From Octopus sinensis (taxonomy: Eukaryota), in NCBI RefSeq assembly GCF_006345805.1, contig NC_043000.1:96658001-96722000 (forward strand): a stretch of DNA of 64,000 bases. Direction: 5' to 3'. Shown here piece after piece: positions 1 through 11,905 of the stretch. The translations under genes were made by a program, and so were the position numbers. Every line of letters starts with the position of its first letter. Position 1 is the first letter of the stretch. Under the pieces are notes generated by a model. The model searched no databases. It was not told the DNA's origin and saw only the letters and a program-made list of their open reading frames with translations.

Positions 1-240
1 ATTGGCTCTGTATAAGGCCTGTCCCCATTTTGTAAATAGTTATAATATTTAGAGAAATACTTTTTCAAAATGTTAGGATTAAGAAAAAACCAAGAATGAT
101 GGATAGTAGAAGAGTCATTGAATAGTGGGAAGAAAGCATGAGGAATAGTAGAAGTGTCATTGAATAGTGAAAGAGGAGGTCAGAGAAATAAAGTTGGAAA
201 AGTGTGACACACTGACACTTTTGCATTTATAATTATAGAT
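1..240 (+). mobile_element. Possible 3' end of a Helentron-associated non-autonomous element
   Basis: Ends ...gacacactgacacttttgcatttataattatagat, similar to the end of the element at 18631-18998. Contains an internal 25-bp direct repeat (atagtagaag.gtcattgaatagtg). Confidence 0.3.
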
Positions 241-249
241 ATATGCATG

Positions 250-565
250 TGAAGGCACATGGCTTAGTGGTAGTCAGCTCATGATCATAAGGTTGTGAGT
301 TCAATTCCCAGCAGCACGTTGTGTCCTTGAGCAAGACACTTTATGACATGGTGCTCCAGTCCACTCTGCTGGCAAAATTGAATAGTACCTACAATTCAGA
401 GGATCAGCCTTATCACATTCCGTGTTATACTGAATCTCCCTGAGAACTATTAAAGGTACACATGTCTGTGGAGTACTCAGCCACTTGCATGTTAACTTCA
501 TGAGTAGGCTGTTCCATTGGTCAGATCAACTGGAAACCTTGTCATTGTAACTGACAGAGTGTCAT
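250..565 (+). mobile_element. tRNA-derived SINE (family with GTTGTGTCCTTGAGCAAGACAC central motif)
   Basis: A-box-like tggcttagtgg and B-box-like gagttcaattcc. The tail recurs inverted at ~4925-5130; related heads at ~40100-40400 (+) and ~49990-50220 (-). Confidence 0.7.
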
Positions 566-573
566 TATGTATG

Positions 574-604
<31 letters not shown>

Positions 605-1134
605 GTATGTATGTATGTATGTACATACATACATATGCCTGCATGTATGCATGGGTGAACAAAGTTACAATAAAGTAGCACACAACATGTTTAGTTGCAG
701 TTTTAAATATTTAATAACAGGATGATTCGACTCAAACTCCACTTTACGTGGCAAAATCACATTTAAAACCATGCAGCTAATCACTAACATTAATTGTGTA
801 TGCAATAGGTTTATAATTTAAAAATAACAGAATAAACAAATTTGCAATTGATGTAGTACTTTCCAAAAGTCAAAAAAATCAGTAAAATGAAATTTTCTTT
901 TTTAATTACATAAAACCAAACTGGAAAATATCACAAAAATATTGAAACTAAATTGTAATAAAATAGAAGAGAAAGAAAAACGGTGGTGGTGGTGGGGGTC
1001 ATTGTTCAGAAGCATTTTCCGTGACACAGAGTATTGTTAGAAAACTGAGGCAAACTTTACAAAACTATCATAGCATGTCAGTGCACACAAGGTAAACTAA
1101 CATTTCTTTGTTGCATAACTTAAATTTTGATTAA

Positions 1135-1390
1135 TAGAAGTGGCTGTGTGGTAAGAAGCTTGCTTACCAACCACATGGTTCCTGGTTCAGTCCCACTGTG
1201 AGGTACCTTGGGCAAGTGTCTTCTGCTATAGCTTTGGGCTGACCAAAGCCTTGTGAGGAGATTTGGTAGATGGATACTGAAAGAATCCCATCATATGTAT
1301 ATATATATATATATATTTGTGTGTCTGTATTTGTTCCCCCCACCATCACTTGACAACCAATGTTGATGTGTTTACATCCCTGTAACTTAG
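1135..1390 (+). mobile_element. tRNA-derived SINE family A (3'-truncated)
   Basis: gtggctgtgtggtaagaagcttgc...ggttcagtccc...cttgggcaagtgtcttc, followed by an internal (TA)n. Confidence 0.85.
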
Positions 1391-1392
1391 TG

Positions 1393-1780
1393 TTTCAGTC
1401 ATTTGACCGTGGCCATGTTGGAGTACTGCCTTTTAGTCAAGCAAATCGACCCTAGGACTTATTCTTTGTAAGCCTAGTACTTATTCTATCGGTCTCTTTT
1501 GCCGAACCGCTAAATTACGGGGGATGTAAACACACCAGCATCGGTTGTCAAGCGATGTTGGGGACACAAACACAGACACACAAACACATGCATACACACA
1601 CACAGATATATACATACATACGACGGGCTTCTTTCAGTTTCCATCTACCAAATCCACTCACAAGGTTTTGGTCGGCCCGAGGCTATAGTGGAAGACACTT
1701 GCCCAAGGTGCCACGCAGTGGGACTGAACCCGGAACCATGTGGCTGGTAAGCAGGTTACTTACCACACAGCCACTCCTGC
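1393..1780 (-). mobile_element. tRNA-derived SINE family A, near full length
   Basis: Reverse complement of the copy at 7645-8045. Confidence 0.9.
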
Positions 1781-2187
1781 ATCTATGGACTTATTCTATT
1801 ATTCTAGCTTGCTTTTTTTTTTTTGCTAAAATGCCAAGTTGTGGGGATGTAAACAAACCAACACCAGTTGTCAAATAGTGGTGGGAGACTAACACAACAC
1901 AAACACACACAACTACACACTCACACACATGCATATATATCAACAAAAGATGGGAGGCAGAGTGAAGAGCAACATCAGGAAAAGTTTATATATTTCAAAG
2001 CAAAAGTAGTTTGTTGTATTTATAGAGGAACAGTGATAAGAAGAAATGCATGATTGCATAATGCTTCAATTGGTTCTGCAAATATTTTAGCATTTGGCTG
2101 AAATGCATGTATGTCCTATCATTTTGAATATCACACCTGTTTTTGCTAATTACTAAATTCTCTCTCTCTCTCTCTATATATATATAT

Positions 2188-2587
2188 ACTCTTTACTCTT
2201 TTACTTGTTTCAGTCATTTGACTGTGGCCATGCTGGAGCACCGCCTTTAGTCGAGCAAATCGACCTCGGGACTTATTCTTTGTAAGCCCAGTACTTATTC
2301 TATCGGTCTCTTTTGCCGAACCGCTAAGTGACGGGGACGTAAACACACCAGCATTGTTGTCAAGCAATGCTAGGGGGACAAACACAGACACACAAACACA
2401 TACTTATATATATATATATACATATATACGACAGGCTTCTTTCAGTTTCCGTCTACCAAATCCACTCACAAGGCATTGGTTGGTCCGGGGCTATAGCAGA
2501 AGACACTTGCCCAAGATGCCACACATTGGGACTGAACCCAGAACCATGTGGTTGGTTAGCAAGCTACTTACCACACAGCCACTCCTG
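2188..2587 (-). mobile_element. tRNA-derived SINE family A, full length
   Basis: Runs from the tail ctttactcttttacttgtttcagtc to the head ccacacagccactcctg. Confidence 0.9.
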
Positions 2588-2640
2588 TATATATATATAT
2601 AAATAATAAATATTTTTACATATATATATGGTAAGAAGCT

Positions 2641-2803
2641 TTGGCACAGGAGTGACTGTGTGATAAGTAGCTTACTTACCAACCACATGGTTCCGGGTTC
2701 AGTCCCAGTGTGTGACACCTTGGGCAAGTGTCTTCTACTATAGCTTCAGGCCAACCAAAGCCTTATGAGTTAATTTGGTAGACGGAAACTGAAAGAAGCC
2801 TGA

Positions 2804-2843
<40 letters not shown>

Positions 2844-3105
2844 CATACATACATACATACGTACGTACGTACGTACGTATGTATGTATGTATGTATGTAT
2901 GTATGTATGTGTGTTTGTCCACCCACCATCGTTTGACAACTGATGTTGGTGTGTTTATGTCCCTGTAACTTAGCGGTTTGTCAAAAGAGACCAATAGAGT
3001 AATTACTATGCTTACAATGAATAAGTCCTGGTGTTAATTTCTTCGACTAAAGGTGGTGCTCCAGCATGGCTACAGTCAAATGACTGAAACAAGTAAAAGA
3101 GTATA
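2641..3105 (+). mobile_element. tRNA-derived SINE family A, full length
   Basis: ggcacaggagtgactgtgtgataag...gactgaaacaagtaaaagag, with an internal microsatellite. Confidence 0.9.
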
Positions 3106-3139
3106 AGTATACATATGTCCCCTGCATCCCTCTTCAGCT

Positions 3140-3390
3140 GAGCATTCCTAATCTTCTGGCTTATGGTTGCTGGTGCCACATAAAAAGCACCCATACCAGT
3201 GCCACATAAGAGCACCCTTGACAGTGCTGCGTAACAACACTCAATATACTATGCAAAGTGGTTGGCGTTAGGAAGGGCATCCAGCTGTAGAAACCATCCC
3301 AAAACAGACATGGAGCCTGGGCAGCTGGCTAGCTCCTGTTAACGCATGCAAGCATGGGAAATGGATGTTAAATGACAATAATGATGATGA
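3140..3390 (+). mobile_element. RTE LINE 3'-UTR fragment
   Basis: ggcgttaggaagggcatccagctgtagaaac...gcatgggaaatggatgttaaatga, matching the 3' UTR of the RTE at 19655-21060. Confidence 0.75.
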
Positions 3391-3647
3391 TATCATGCCC
3401 CCTATGCACACACATAGATTTATCTGATCACTGTCAAAACACCTCCAACACCAGCAAGCCCTGCCCCCCACTTCACTTTCTCATGTCTATCCACCATCTT
3501 TCCATGCCCTCGCATATCTCCCCTACATGTCACGAAGTCAACTTTCAGTGCAATAAAATAAACACTAGTTGACCACTGGTGTCAATGTAATTAATTTGCC
3601 CCAACCCCCAAAAATTGCTGGCCTTGTGCTCAAGTTAGAAAGAATTA

Positions 3648-3687
<40 letters not shown>

Positions 3688-3691
3688 CATC

Positions 3692-3915
3692 GGCAGCGAG
3701 CTGGCAGAATCATTAGCAGGCCAGGTAAAATTGCTTAGCAGCATTTCGTCCTTCTTTACATTCTGAGTTTAAATTCCACCACGGTCAACTTTGCCTTTCA
3801 TCCTTACGGGGTCGATAAATTTAGTACCAGTGAAGCACTGGTGTCATTCTAATTGACTAGTCCCCTCGCATAAATTTCAAGCCTTGTGCCTATAGTAGAA
3901 AGGATTATTATTATT
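3692..3915 (+). mobile_element. tRNA-derived SINE family B (Meta-domain-like centre)
   Basis: ggcagcgagctggcagaatc...gagtttaaattcc...gtcaactttgcctttcatcc...ggggtcgataaa, ending in an (ATT)n tail. Family naming is from memory and needs Dfam/Repbase confirmation. Confidence 0.8.
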
Positions 3916-5234
3916 AGTGGTAGTCGTAATAGTAGTAGTAGCAACAGCAGCAGCAGTAGTCATTCTGTCATGCATTACCCACCAAGTCTACCAATGCCAC
4001 CCTCATAAACTTCCTAAGAGACTAGCAAAAAAAAAAAAAAAAAAGAAACCATGATGGATTTAGTGACATAGTTACTAAACACACAAACACACACAGATTA
4101 ACGTACACACAAACTAATTCCTATTCTTCCATTTGGTGTTTGAATATACTAATTAAATAAATTGTTGTTATGAGACAAAAAAAGCTACATTATCTCCAAG
4201 CTTGTCTTTTGTGTAAGTTGGGAATGGCATTCATTGTTTGAAGAATCCAATCTGTTGATTTGCACATAACCACCTGCCAATATCGTATGAGTGTGTGAGT
4301 ATTTGTACACATATGTATATGTTTGCATGTGTAAGTAGATCAACTAATCAATAACATCCAGCTGTGTCCTAAATGTGATCAATATTTATTGACTCTACTC
4401 AACTTATTATTATTATCATCATCATTATTACTATTATGTCAGGCTTTTAAGGTCTATCCAGTCAATATGTCATAGACTGAGCCAATTAGAGAGCCTTTTC
4501 ATTATGTTACAAGCAAATAGCAACAAAATGTTCCTGAAGTTATAGCATGTGAACTTGAAAGAAAGACGCCACAATGTCAAATATCGCAAGTCAGGCAGGA
4601 TGATCGTGGCTGGAATGCCTTTCATTATAAGTCTTCTCAATCAGAATTGTCAGTGGAGAGTTAGTTAACCAACAACATGTTATGGATTATGATCTATTTT
4701 GCTTTTACTGTATGATAACTATGTGATCCATCTAGCTGTGCTCTACAGATTGTGGTCTATCTTGACAACATCTACTGAATAAATAATGTCTACCAAGCTA
4801 TACAGTATTGATGAACATTGATACTCAACCAATTTTTGCCTATGAACCCTCTTGATTCGTGTATTACATGCATGGACCTTCATCATCCTTCAATCTTTAA
4901 AAATATCCAATTATATTTTTATAATTGGCACCCTGTTGGTTACGGTGGTGAGTGTTCCTGTTGATGAGATCAATGGAAATGCCTGTTCCTGAAATTAATG
5001 TGCAAGTGGCTGAGCACTCCTAGACATGTGTACCCTTAATGTAGTTCCCAGGGGAGATTCAGCATGATACAGAATGTGACAAGGCTGGCCTTTTTGAAAT
5101 ACTGGTACAACACTAATTTTTGCTAGCTGATTTTAATATTTTTAGGAATTGTATACAAAACCTTGTTAGGGATCAAATTTTTAAAATTGTTAAAATACTT
5201 TATGCATTGTAGAAATATAACCAGTTTATTTTAT

Positions 5235-5582
5235 TCTTTTACTTGTTTCAGTCATTTGGCTAGAGCCATGCTGGAGCACCACCTTTAGTCAAGCAAATCA
5301 ACCCCAGGACTTATTCTATTGGTCTCTTTTGCCGAACTGCTAAGTTACAGGGACATAAACACATCAGCATTCTGTTGTCAAGCAATGTTAGGGGGACAAA
5401 CACAAACATATGCACACACATATATATATATATACACATGGCAAGCTTCAAATCCACTCACAAGGTTTTGGTTAGCCCAAGGCTATAGCAGAAGATACTT
5501 GCCCAAGGTGCCACGCTGTGGGACTTGAACCCAGAACCATATGGTTGGTAAGTAAGCTACTTACTACACACCCACTCCTGCA
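5235..5582 (-). mobile_element. SINE family A nested in a hAT-like MITE
   Basis: SINE reverse complement. Its flanks match the empty MITE copy at ~50320-50452. Confidence 0.8.
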
Positions 5583-5696
5583 CATAAATTTTAACAACAA
5601 AATCTTACATAGAACCACTAATGGTCATATGGACCCTGGTTGAGAATTTCTGATATAGATTGTGGTATGCTTGTTTAGGGGAACATGGACATTTTA

Positions 5697-6420
5697 AGGT
5701 GGCGAGCTGGCAGAATTGTTACCATGCTGGACAAAATGCATAACAGCATTTCTTCTGCTTTTACATTCTGAGTTCAAATGCTGCTGAGGTTGACTCTGCT
5801 TTTCACCTTTTCAGGGTCAATAAAAGAAGTACCTCCATCAGTTGAGGCTGATCATATATCAGTACAAATATGAGCAGGTCTGGGCAAATTTTTTGAAGGA
5901 GGATGGCAGTCATCCATACATGCAAGACTCCCCTCTCCACACCATCAATGTTTAACCAAAAGGAAGTGTTAGCATGCTGGACAAAGTGCGTAGCAGCAAT
6001 TCATCCATCTTTATGTTCTGTGTTCAGATTTTGCTGCTAGGGGTTGATGAAATAAGTACCAGTTGAGAACTAGAATTGAAATAAACAACATAGCCCCACC
6101 CTCAAAATTGAAGGCCTTGTGCTAAAATTGGAAACCAGCATTGTGGGGTTGCAAGCAGGCAGAATTGTTACTGCACCAGGCTAAATGCTTAGCATCATTT
6201 TGCTTATCTTCACATTTTGAGTTCAAGTTCCCTCAAGGTTCACTCTGCCTTTCATCCTTTCAGGGTCAATAAAATAAGTACCAGTTGAACACTAGAGAGG
6301 ATTTAATCATCTTATGTATTATATCCTAGTATAAACACATTGAAGGATTATAAACTCAATGTTTATTATGATATACCAAAGTTATCCCCCGATATTTCAG
6401 GCCTTGTGCCAAAATTTGGA
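5697..6420 (+). mobile_element. Cluster of three degenerate SINE family B copies
   Basis: Three occurrences of (g)agttca...gttgact.tgc..ttca.c.ttt..gggt..ataaaataagtacc-type sequence. Confidence 0.7.
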
Positions 6421-7644
6421 ACCAAAGTTAATCCATAAGAAAGGTTGGTGATTTCAGCCCATACACCTTGGCAAATAAATTGTTGTAACAGGCGTTTCAG
6501 TCATAACACAATGAAAAGGAATAGATACCACAAAGTATCCTACCCAAACCTCAACCAGTTCTGTCAATCCACCACCCTGGATTGCTAATTTCTTATCTAT
6601 CCCAAAACAATTGAAACACAAAAGTAACAACAGTGAGATTTGAACTCAAAGAACAGACAGTCAGAACAGATATCATAACGCATTCCACTATCTACAAACT
6701 ACATAATGTCTCTCATCTCTCTCAGTGTAGGAAGCATATATAAACAATAACTACATTCACATTATAACCTTATTAAATCATATGAGCTGCACCACTGACC
6801 AAAAATATGTGACAATCCTATATTGGACAAGAATAGACAGAAGGGATTTTTTAGTAGAGTCATTGTTATCAGCAATGCCTGCATCAGAAAGGTCAGCAGT
6901 TCAAAACCTTTGTGATAACTCAAAAGATTCTAGATTTGTATTCTTTTGACTTAGACTATAGAACTTTGGTATATCATAATAAACATTGAGTTTATAATCT
7001 TTCAATGTGTTTATACTAGGATATAATACATACACACACACACATGCATGCATATAAATCATCATCATCATTATCATCATATTCATCTTTAACGTTTGTT
7101 TTCCATGCTGGCATTGGGTAGACAGGAAATGATGAAAATGGTAAAGATGTATATATACATATATATATGTGCATGTGTAGGTGTATTATAACTTAGTACA
7201 TGTACATACATGTGTATATATATATATGTATAAATGTGTGTGCATATATATATATAATAAGATTCCTTGGATGGAATTTATAAATATTTTAATGCATCAC
7301 TATGTGCATTTCCACAAATCTCGCTTTTCTAAAGATCATAGTCAATATTCCTGGGATGATTACAGTGCAGTCTGTAATGGACTATGATCTTAAGAAACAT
7401 GTGTTTATGAAAACGCTCGTAGTGATGCATTAAAATATTTATAAATTCCATCCAAAGATTATTATTATCATTATTACTATATTTATCATACATTATATCA
7501 GCACAGCTTGGTGCAACCCCAAAAATCTATTATCTCCAGCTGGTATCAATAGGCTGTAACTGACATAATAAATTAGGAGCTTTTTTATATGCATATTCAA
7601 AACATTTCCCATAAACGAACTTAAAGGATATATATATACATATA

Positions 7645-8045
7645 GGCGCAGGAGTGGCTGTATGGTAAGTAGCTTGCTTACGAACTACATGGTTCCGGGC
7701 TCAGTCCCACTGTGTGGCACCTTGGGCAAGTGTCTTCTACTATAGCCTTGGGCAGATCAAAGCCTTGTGAGTGGATTTGGTAGACGGGAACTGAAAGAAG
7801 CCCGTCGTATATATGTATATATATATATGTACGTGTGTGTGTATATGTTTGTCTGTGATTGTCCTCCCAACATCGCTTGACAACCGATGCTGGTGTGTTT
7901 ACGTCCCAGTAACTTAGCGGTTTGGCAAAAGAGACAAATAGAATAAGTACTAGGCTTACAAAGAATAAGTCTTGGGGTCGATTTGCTCGACTAAAGGCGG
8001 TGCTCCAGCATGGCCGCAGTCAAATGGCTGAAACAAGTAAAAGAG
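7645..8045 (+). mobile_element. tRNA-derived SINE family A, full length and little diverged
   Basis: ggcgcaggagtggctgtatggtaag through gaaacaagtaaaagag, followed by a long (TA)n. Confidence 0.92.
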
Positions 8046-8063
8046 TATATATGTATATATATA

Positions 8064-8127
<64 letters not shown>

Positions 8128-8734
8128 GTTTCCGTTTCGTCTCTGTTTTTTTGTTGTAAAAATATGGCTTGTCCGTTTTCGTTTTTCGTTGAGTTCTATG
8201 TCTAGTTGCAGTGTCCTGTACTCACGTATATATATTTATATATGCATGTATATATACATGTAGATGTAGGTACATACATATATGTTTGTATGCATGCATA
8301 TATTTTATTTATTACATTATTGTCTGACAGTGCGTTCGCGTCAGGGTCGATTCGATTCGTTGTTTTGTCCCACTTCCCTTCCTCCCAGTTTTGTTATATA
8401 TATATATATATATATTCAATGCAAGTGTATTTCTTTATTATTGTTTATTTTCAACACAGATATTCATCATGGACTTACTGCAGGGTAACATGACCAAATC
8501 TTTTAAGATACTCAATCATTTTCTTGTGTGGGAGATGTGTGCACATGCATGCAAGCAAAATCTGAGTCCAAAATAACATTCAGTAAAAATGTAGTATAGT
8601 TGCATGCAGTTCATTTCATTCCATCCCCATTTATTTTTTCTTTTGTGTGTGTTTGTATGTAAAAAAAAAAAACTGATTTATCTAGAGCAAATTAGGGTTG
8701 AACTATTTGAGAGTCAGGAGGAAAAAAAACTTAC

Positions 8735-8796
8735 TTTTTCTGCTTCATCATTTCTATCTAATAAACTGTAGACAATTCCAAGATTCAGGTAAGCCA
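8735..8796 (-). CDS. TMTC2: TMTC2-like coding exon (putative exon 6, 62 nt): TPR; too short for the ORF track
   Basis: Acceptor (tta)n tttacag|TGGCTTAC and donor GAAAAA|gtaagt. A|TG completes Met, then AYLNLGIVYSLLDRNDEAEK, a TPR helix continuing the previous exon. Confidence 0.9.
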
Positions 8797-8800
8797 CTGT

Positions 8801-8833
8801 AAATAATAATAATAATAATAATAAATAATAATA

Positions 8834-8883
<50 letters not shown>

Positions 8884-8909
8884 TAATTATTATTATTATT
8901 ATTATTATT
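8801..8909. repeat. (AAT)n microsatellite switching to (ATT)n
   Basis: Read directly from the sequence; abuts the exon 6 acceptor. Confidence 0.95.
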
Positions 8910-9260
8910 CAAAAAATAGTACTCCTGGGAACTGCTTATATCCTAAGAAAAATATTGTCGATATGATTCCAAAAACATTTTAATCTGTGAATATTATCAA
9001 AAGTACTATTAAATGTACATAACAGCAAATACCTTTTACTGTCATCTTAAGATCACACTTATGATCTTATCATCAAATTACTTTTAAAACAAACTTAATT
9101 TTCTTGTGTTTTGACAGGCACTCTCTAGAACAATATTCCGTGCCAAACCAAAAATATGGTACCCTAGTCACAATACCAACTTGAACTTCTAACTTGTCTC
9201 TTGAGGTCTCTGGGTAAGACTTGGAGTCAACTTGTACAAATACAAAGCAAAAGCCAAATA
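8907..9260 (+). mobile_element. Extreme 3' fragment of an R4/Dong-clade non-LTR retrotransposon
   Basis: 8907-8966 translates IQKIVLLGTAYILRKILSI*, resembling the C-terminal LGTA.ILRK.L motif of R4/Dong ORFs. A putative 3' UTR then ends in an (AAT)n array at ~9260-9320. Confidence 0.65.
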
Positions 9261-9714
9261 TATAATAACAATAATAATAATCATAATAATAATAATAGTA
9301 ATAATAATAATAATAATTTATTCTTTTATTGGCCACAAGGTCTAATATAACTATACATAAAACGACATGCAATACCATAAAAGACAACACAAGACAATAC
9401 AAAGGGTTTTACTGCATGTAAACAATAAAAGCAATCAAAGTTAAACAATATACAACTCACAAAAGGGGAGGTACTCTAAGGCTACTCATGGAAAAACCCA
9501 CAAAAACCACAGGTGCCTGACCAACAAGGCAAGATCCCTTCTTTTATTTCTTCACAGGTGTATACTCAAAATTGGTCCTTTCACACTGGCCATTCTTCCA
9601 ACATTCACCCACCTTTCAATAAACTTCCTTTTGAAGTGTAACTTGAAGAAGTCAATGAGAGCTCTACCAAACAGCAATGTATCTGTCCTCATGCCTTTCA
9701 GCCTTGTCCAATAA

Positions 9715-11080
9715 TAATAATGAAGATTATCTATGGAACAATAATACCGTAGTGATATGGAACTGGATAGCCTAGTCTAGTCTGTGCAGATTTTCTCCAA
9801 TGATATTAAGATGGAGTTTGAGCTCTTAAAATGTGCTACGATGGAGATGAGATGAGGAAAGCTTATCAGAACAGAAGGCATAGGTTTCCATAGGTGAGAT
9901 GATGAAAGCAATTCAGCTTCAATCCGGCTATAAATACCTGAAAATACTTGAGGCAGATGGAATTAAAACACAGCATGAAGGAAAAGACAAAACGAGAGTA
10001 CCTTCAGCAAGTGAGAAAAATACTGGCCTTACAGCTGAATGCCAGAAACAATTTCAGCAATAAACTCGTGCGCAGTCGCAGTAGTTCGGTATAGCACTGG
10101 AATTCTGAAGTGGACAGAGGAGGAGCAAAAGCAGATAGACAGGAAGTCAAGAAAGCACCTAACAATGTATGGAGCCCATCATCCATGTGCAGACACTGAT
10201 CGCCTATACATCAAGAGAGTAACTTGAGGAAGAGGACTAATAAGTCCAGAAGAGCTTAATGAGATACCTAGTCCAAAGTAAGGAAACCTTGCTAGTGTTA
10301 GTTTGGAATGAAGGAGTATTGAAAGCAGAAATAAAAGGACATGAAGAATTACGCAAGAAGGGACTACACAATCAATTCCATGTAGCCACAACAGAGGCTA
10401 CTGGAAAAAATAGGTGGGATTGGCTGAAGAACACTAAAAAAAGAAACTAGCAGTGCAAGACCAAGCTTTGGCTATAAACTAGAGAGTCAACTTTTGGAAT
10501 GAGCAAGTGTCTCTGCTGTGCCACATTTGTAATAGAGTGAATGAAACCATTGCCCATATCATAAACGAATGCCTTAGACTTGCCCCAAACCACTACAAGT
10601 TGTGGTGACATGATCAGGTAGTGAAAGTGTTGCATTAGAAACTGTGCGAAAAGTGGGGGCTAGAGAGAAGCAAGATATGGCATGAGTACAAACCACAGAG
10701 AGTGGCAAAGTTGGAGACTAGCAAAATCTTCTGGGATTTCCCAATCCAAGCAGATCAGGTGCTAGAGCATAACAGACCAGGTGTTAGCAAGATGCACCAC
10801 AAGCTATATAGTTAACATTGGAAGCTCCTTTGACCCACAAATAGTCATCAAGAAGGAAGATGAAAAAATAGATAAATACAACCCTCTTAAATACAAAATA
10901 GCCCAGCTATAGAAAATGAAGATGAATAGAGTGCCAATTGCTGGATCCTTGGGAACAGTATCAGAAGGCATCAAGAGGAATATCAAAGAAATTGGAATAG
11001 AGTGCCTGTAGAACTGTTACACAAGGTTTGCTGCCTTGGCATGGCCAGAATAATCCAGAAAAGTATTAGATAGCTGAAAA
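9715..11080 (+). mobile_element. Degenerate 5'-truncated R4/Dong-like LINE (RT C-terminus, CCHC finger, restriction-like endonuclease)
   Basis: Broken frames give ELDSLV*SVQIFSNDIKMEF..KCA, YKYL.ILEADGIK, ISAINSCAVAVVRYSTGILKWT..DRKSRK..GAHHP.AD.DRLYIKR, CHIC-x8-H-x4-C then W*HD, and KIFWDFPIQADQVLEHNRP. Confidence 0.88.
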
Positions 11081-11222
11081 GAATGGATAGCATGGATTAG
11101 GAGTAGCAATTACTCAATGTTCCAGTCTAGCTTTAAAAGAAACTTACTATGATAGTCAATTATAATTGTCTTACACCTTGATGAAAAGATGGGGTTGACT
11201 GACAGAATAGTTAGATACTTAC

Positions 11223-11308
11223 TTGTGAGTTTCGGACGGCATAAAATTGCTGTCTTGTAGCTCTCTATTGCTTCATGATAACGTTGCTGATCTTGTAAGA
11301 GAATGCCT
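11223..11308 (-). CDS. TMTC2: TMTC2-like coding exon (putative exon 5, 86 nt): TPR
   Basis: Acceptor ctttattttacag|AGGCATT and donor CTCACAA|gtaagt. Translates GILLQDQQRYHEAIESYKTAILCRPKLT. Phases fit both neighbouring exons. Confidence 0.93.
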
Positions 11309-11489
11309 CTGTAAAATAAAGTGAAATATAAATTGAAATTTATTTTCAAAAAAATGTTTTAGAAGTATGATTTATAGTTATTTCTGTTTAATTTTGTAAT
11401 TTTATCTGAATTTCTTGAAATGAGTTATCATTATCAAATATGGCAGAGACCTGAAGAAGGTTGGAGAATATACTGACTGAAATAATAGT

Positions 11490-11905
11490 TCCAAATTTTG
11501 GCACAAGGCCAGCAATTTCTTGGGAGGGATTAGATTGATTACATCAAACCCAGTACTCAACTGATACACCCTGAAAGAATGAAAGGCAAAGTCAACCATG
11601 GCAGAATTTGAACTCAGATAATAAAGGTGGGTGAAACGCTGCTAAGCATTTTGCCTGGCATGCTAACAATTCTGCCATCTCGCTGCCTTTATTGGCCAAA
11701 ATATTGGTTTCAGATTTTGGCAGAAGAGCAGTAATTTCAGCGGGAGGGATTAAATCAATTACATCAAACCCAGTGCCCAACTAGTACTTATTTTATTGAC
11801 CTTGAAAGGATGAAAAGCAAAGTCAACCTCAATGGAATTTGAACTCAGAACATAAAATGTTTAGCAGCATTTTGTCTAGTGTGCTAATGATTCTGACAGC
11901 TGGCC
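11490..11905 (-). mobile_element. Two tandem SINE family B copies
   Basis: Two occurrences of aaggatgaaa.gcaaagtcaacc...atttgaactcag. Confidence 0.8.

Noticed and set aside
7645-7730. tRNA genes
   Set aside because: The A- and B-box-like motifs belong to SINE heads; there is no complete cloverleaf.
1-8734. Next TMTC2 exon (expected LKDP-type motif)
   Set aside because: Not found by eye in the non-repetitive patches; it probably lies left of the window.
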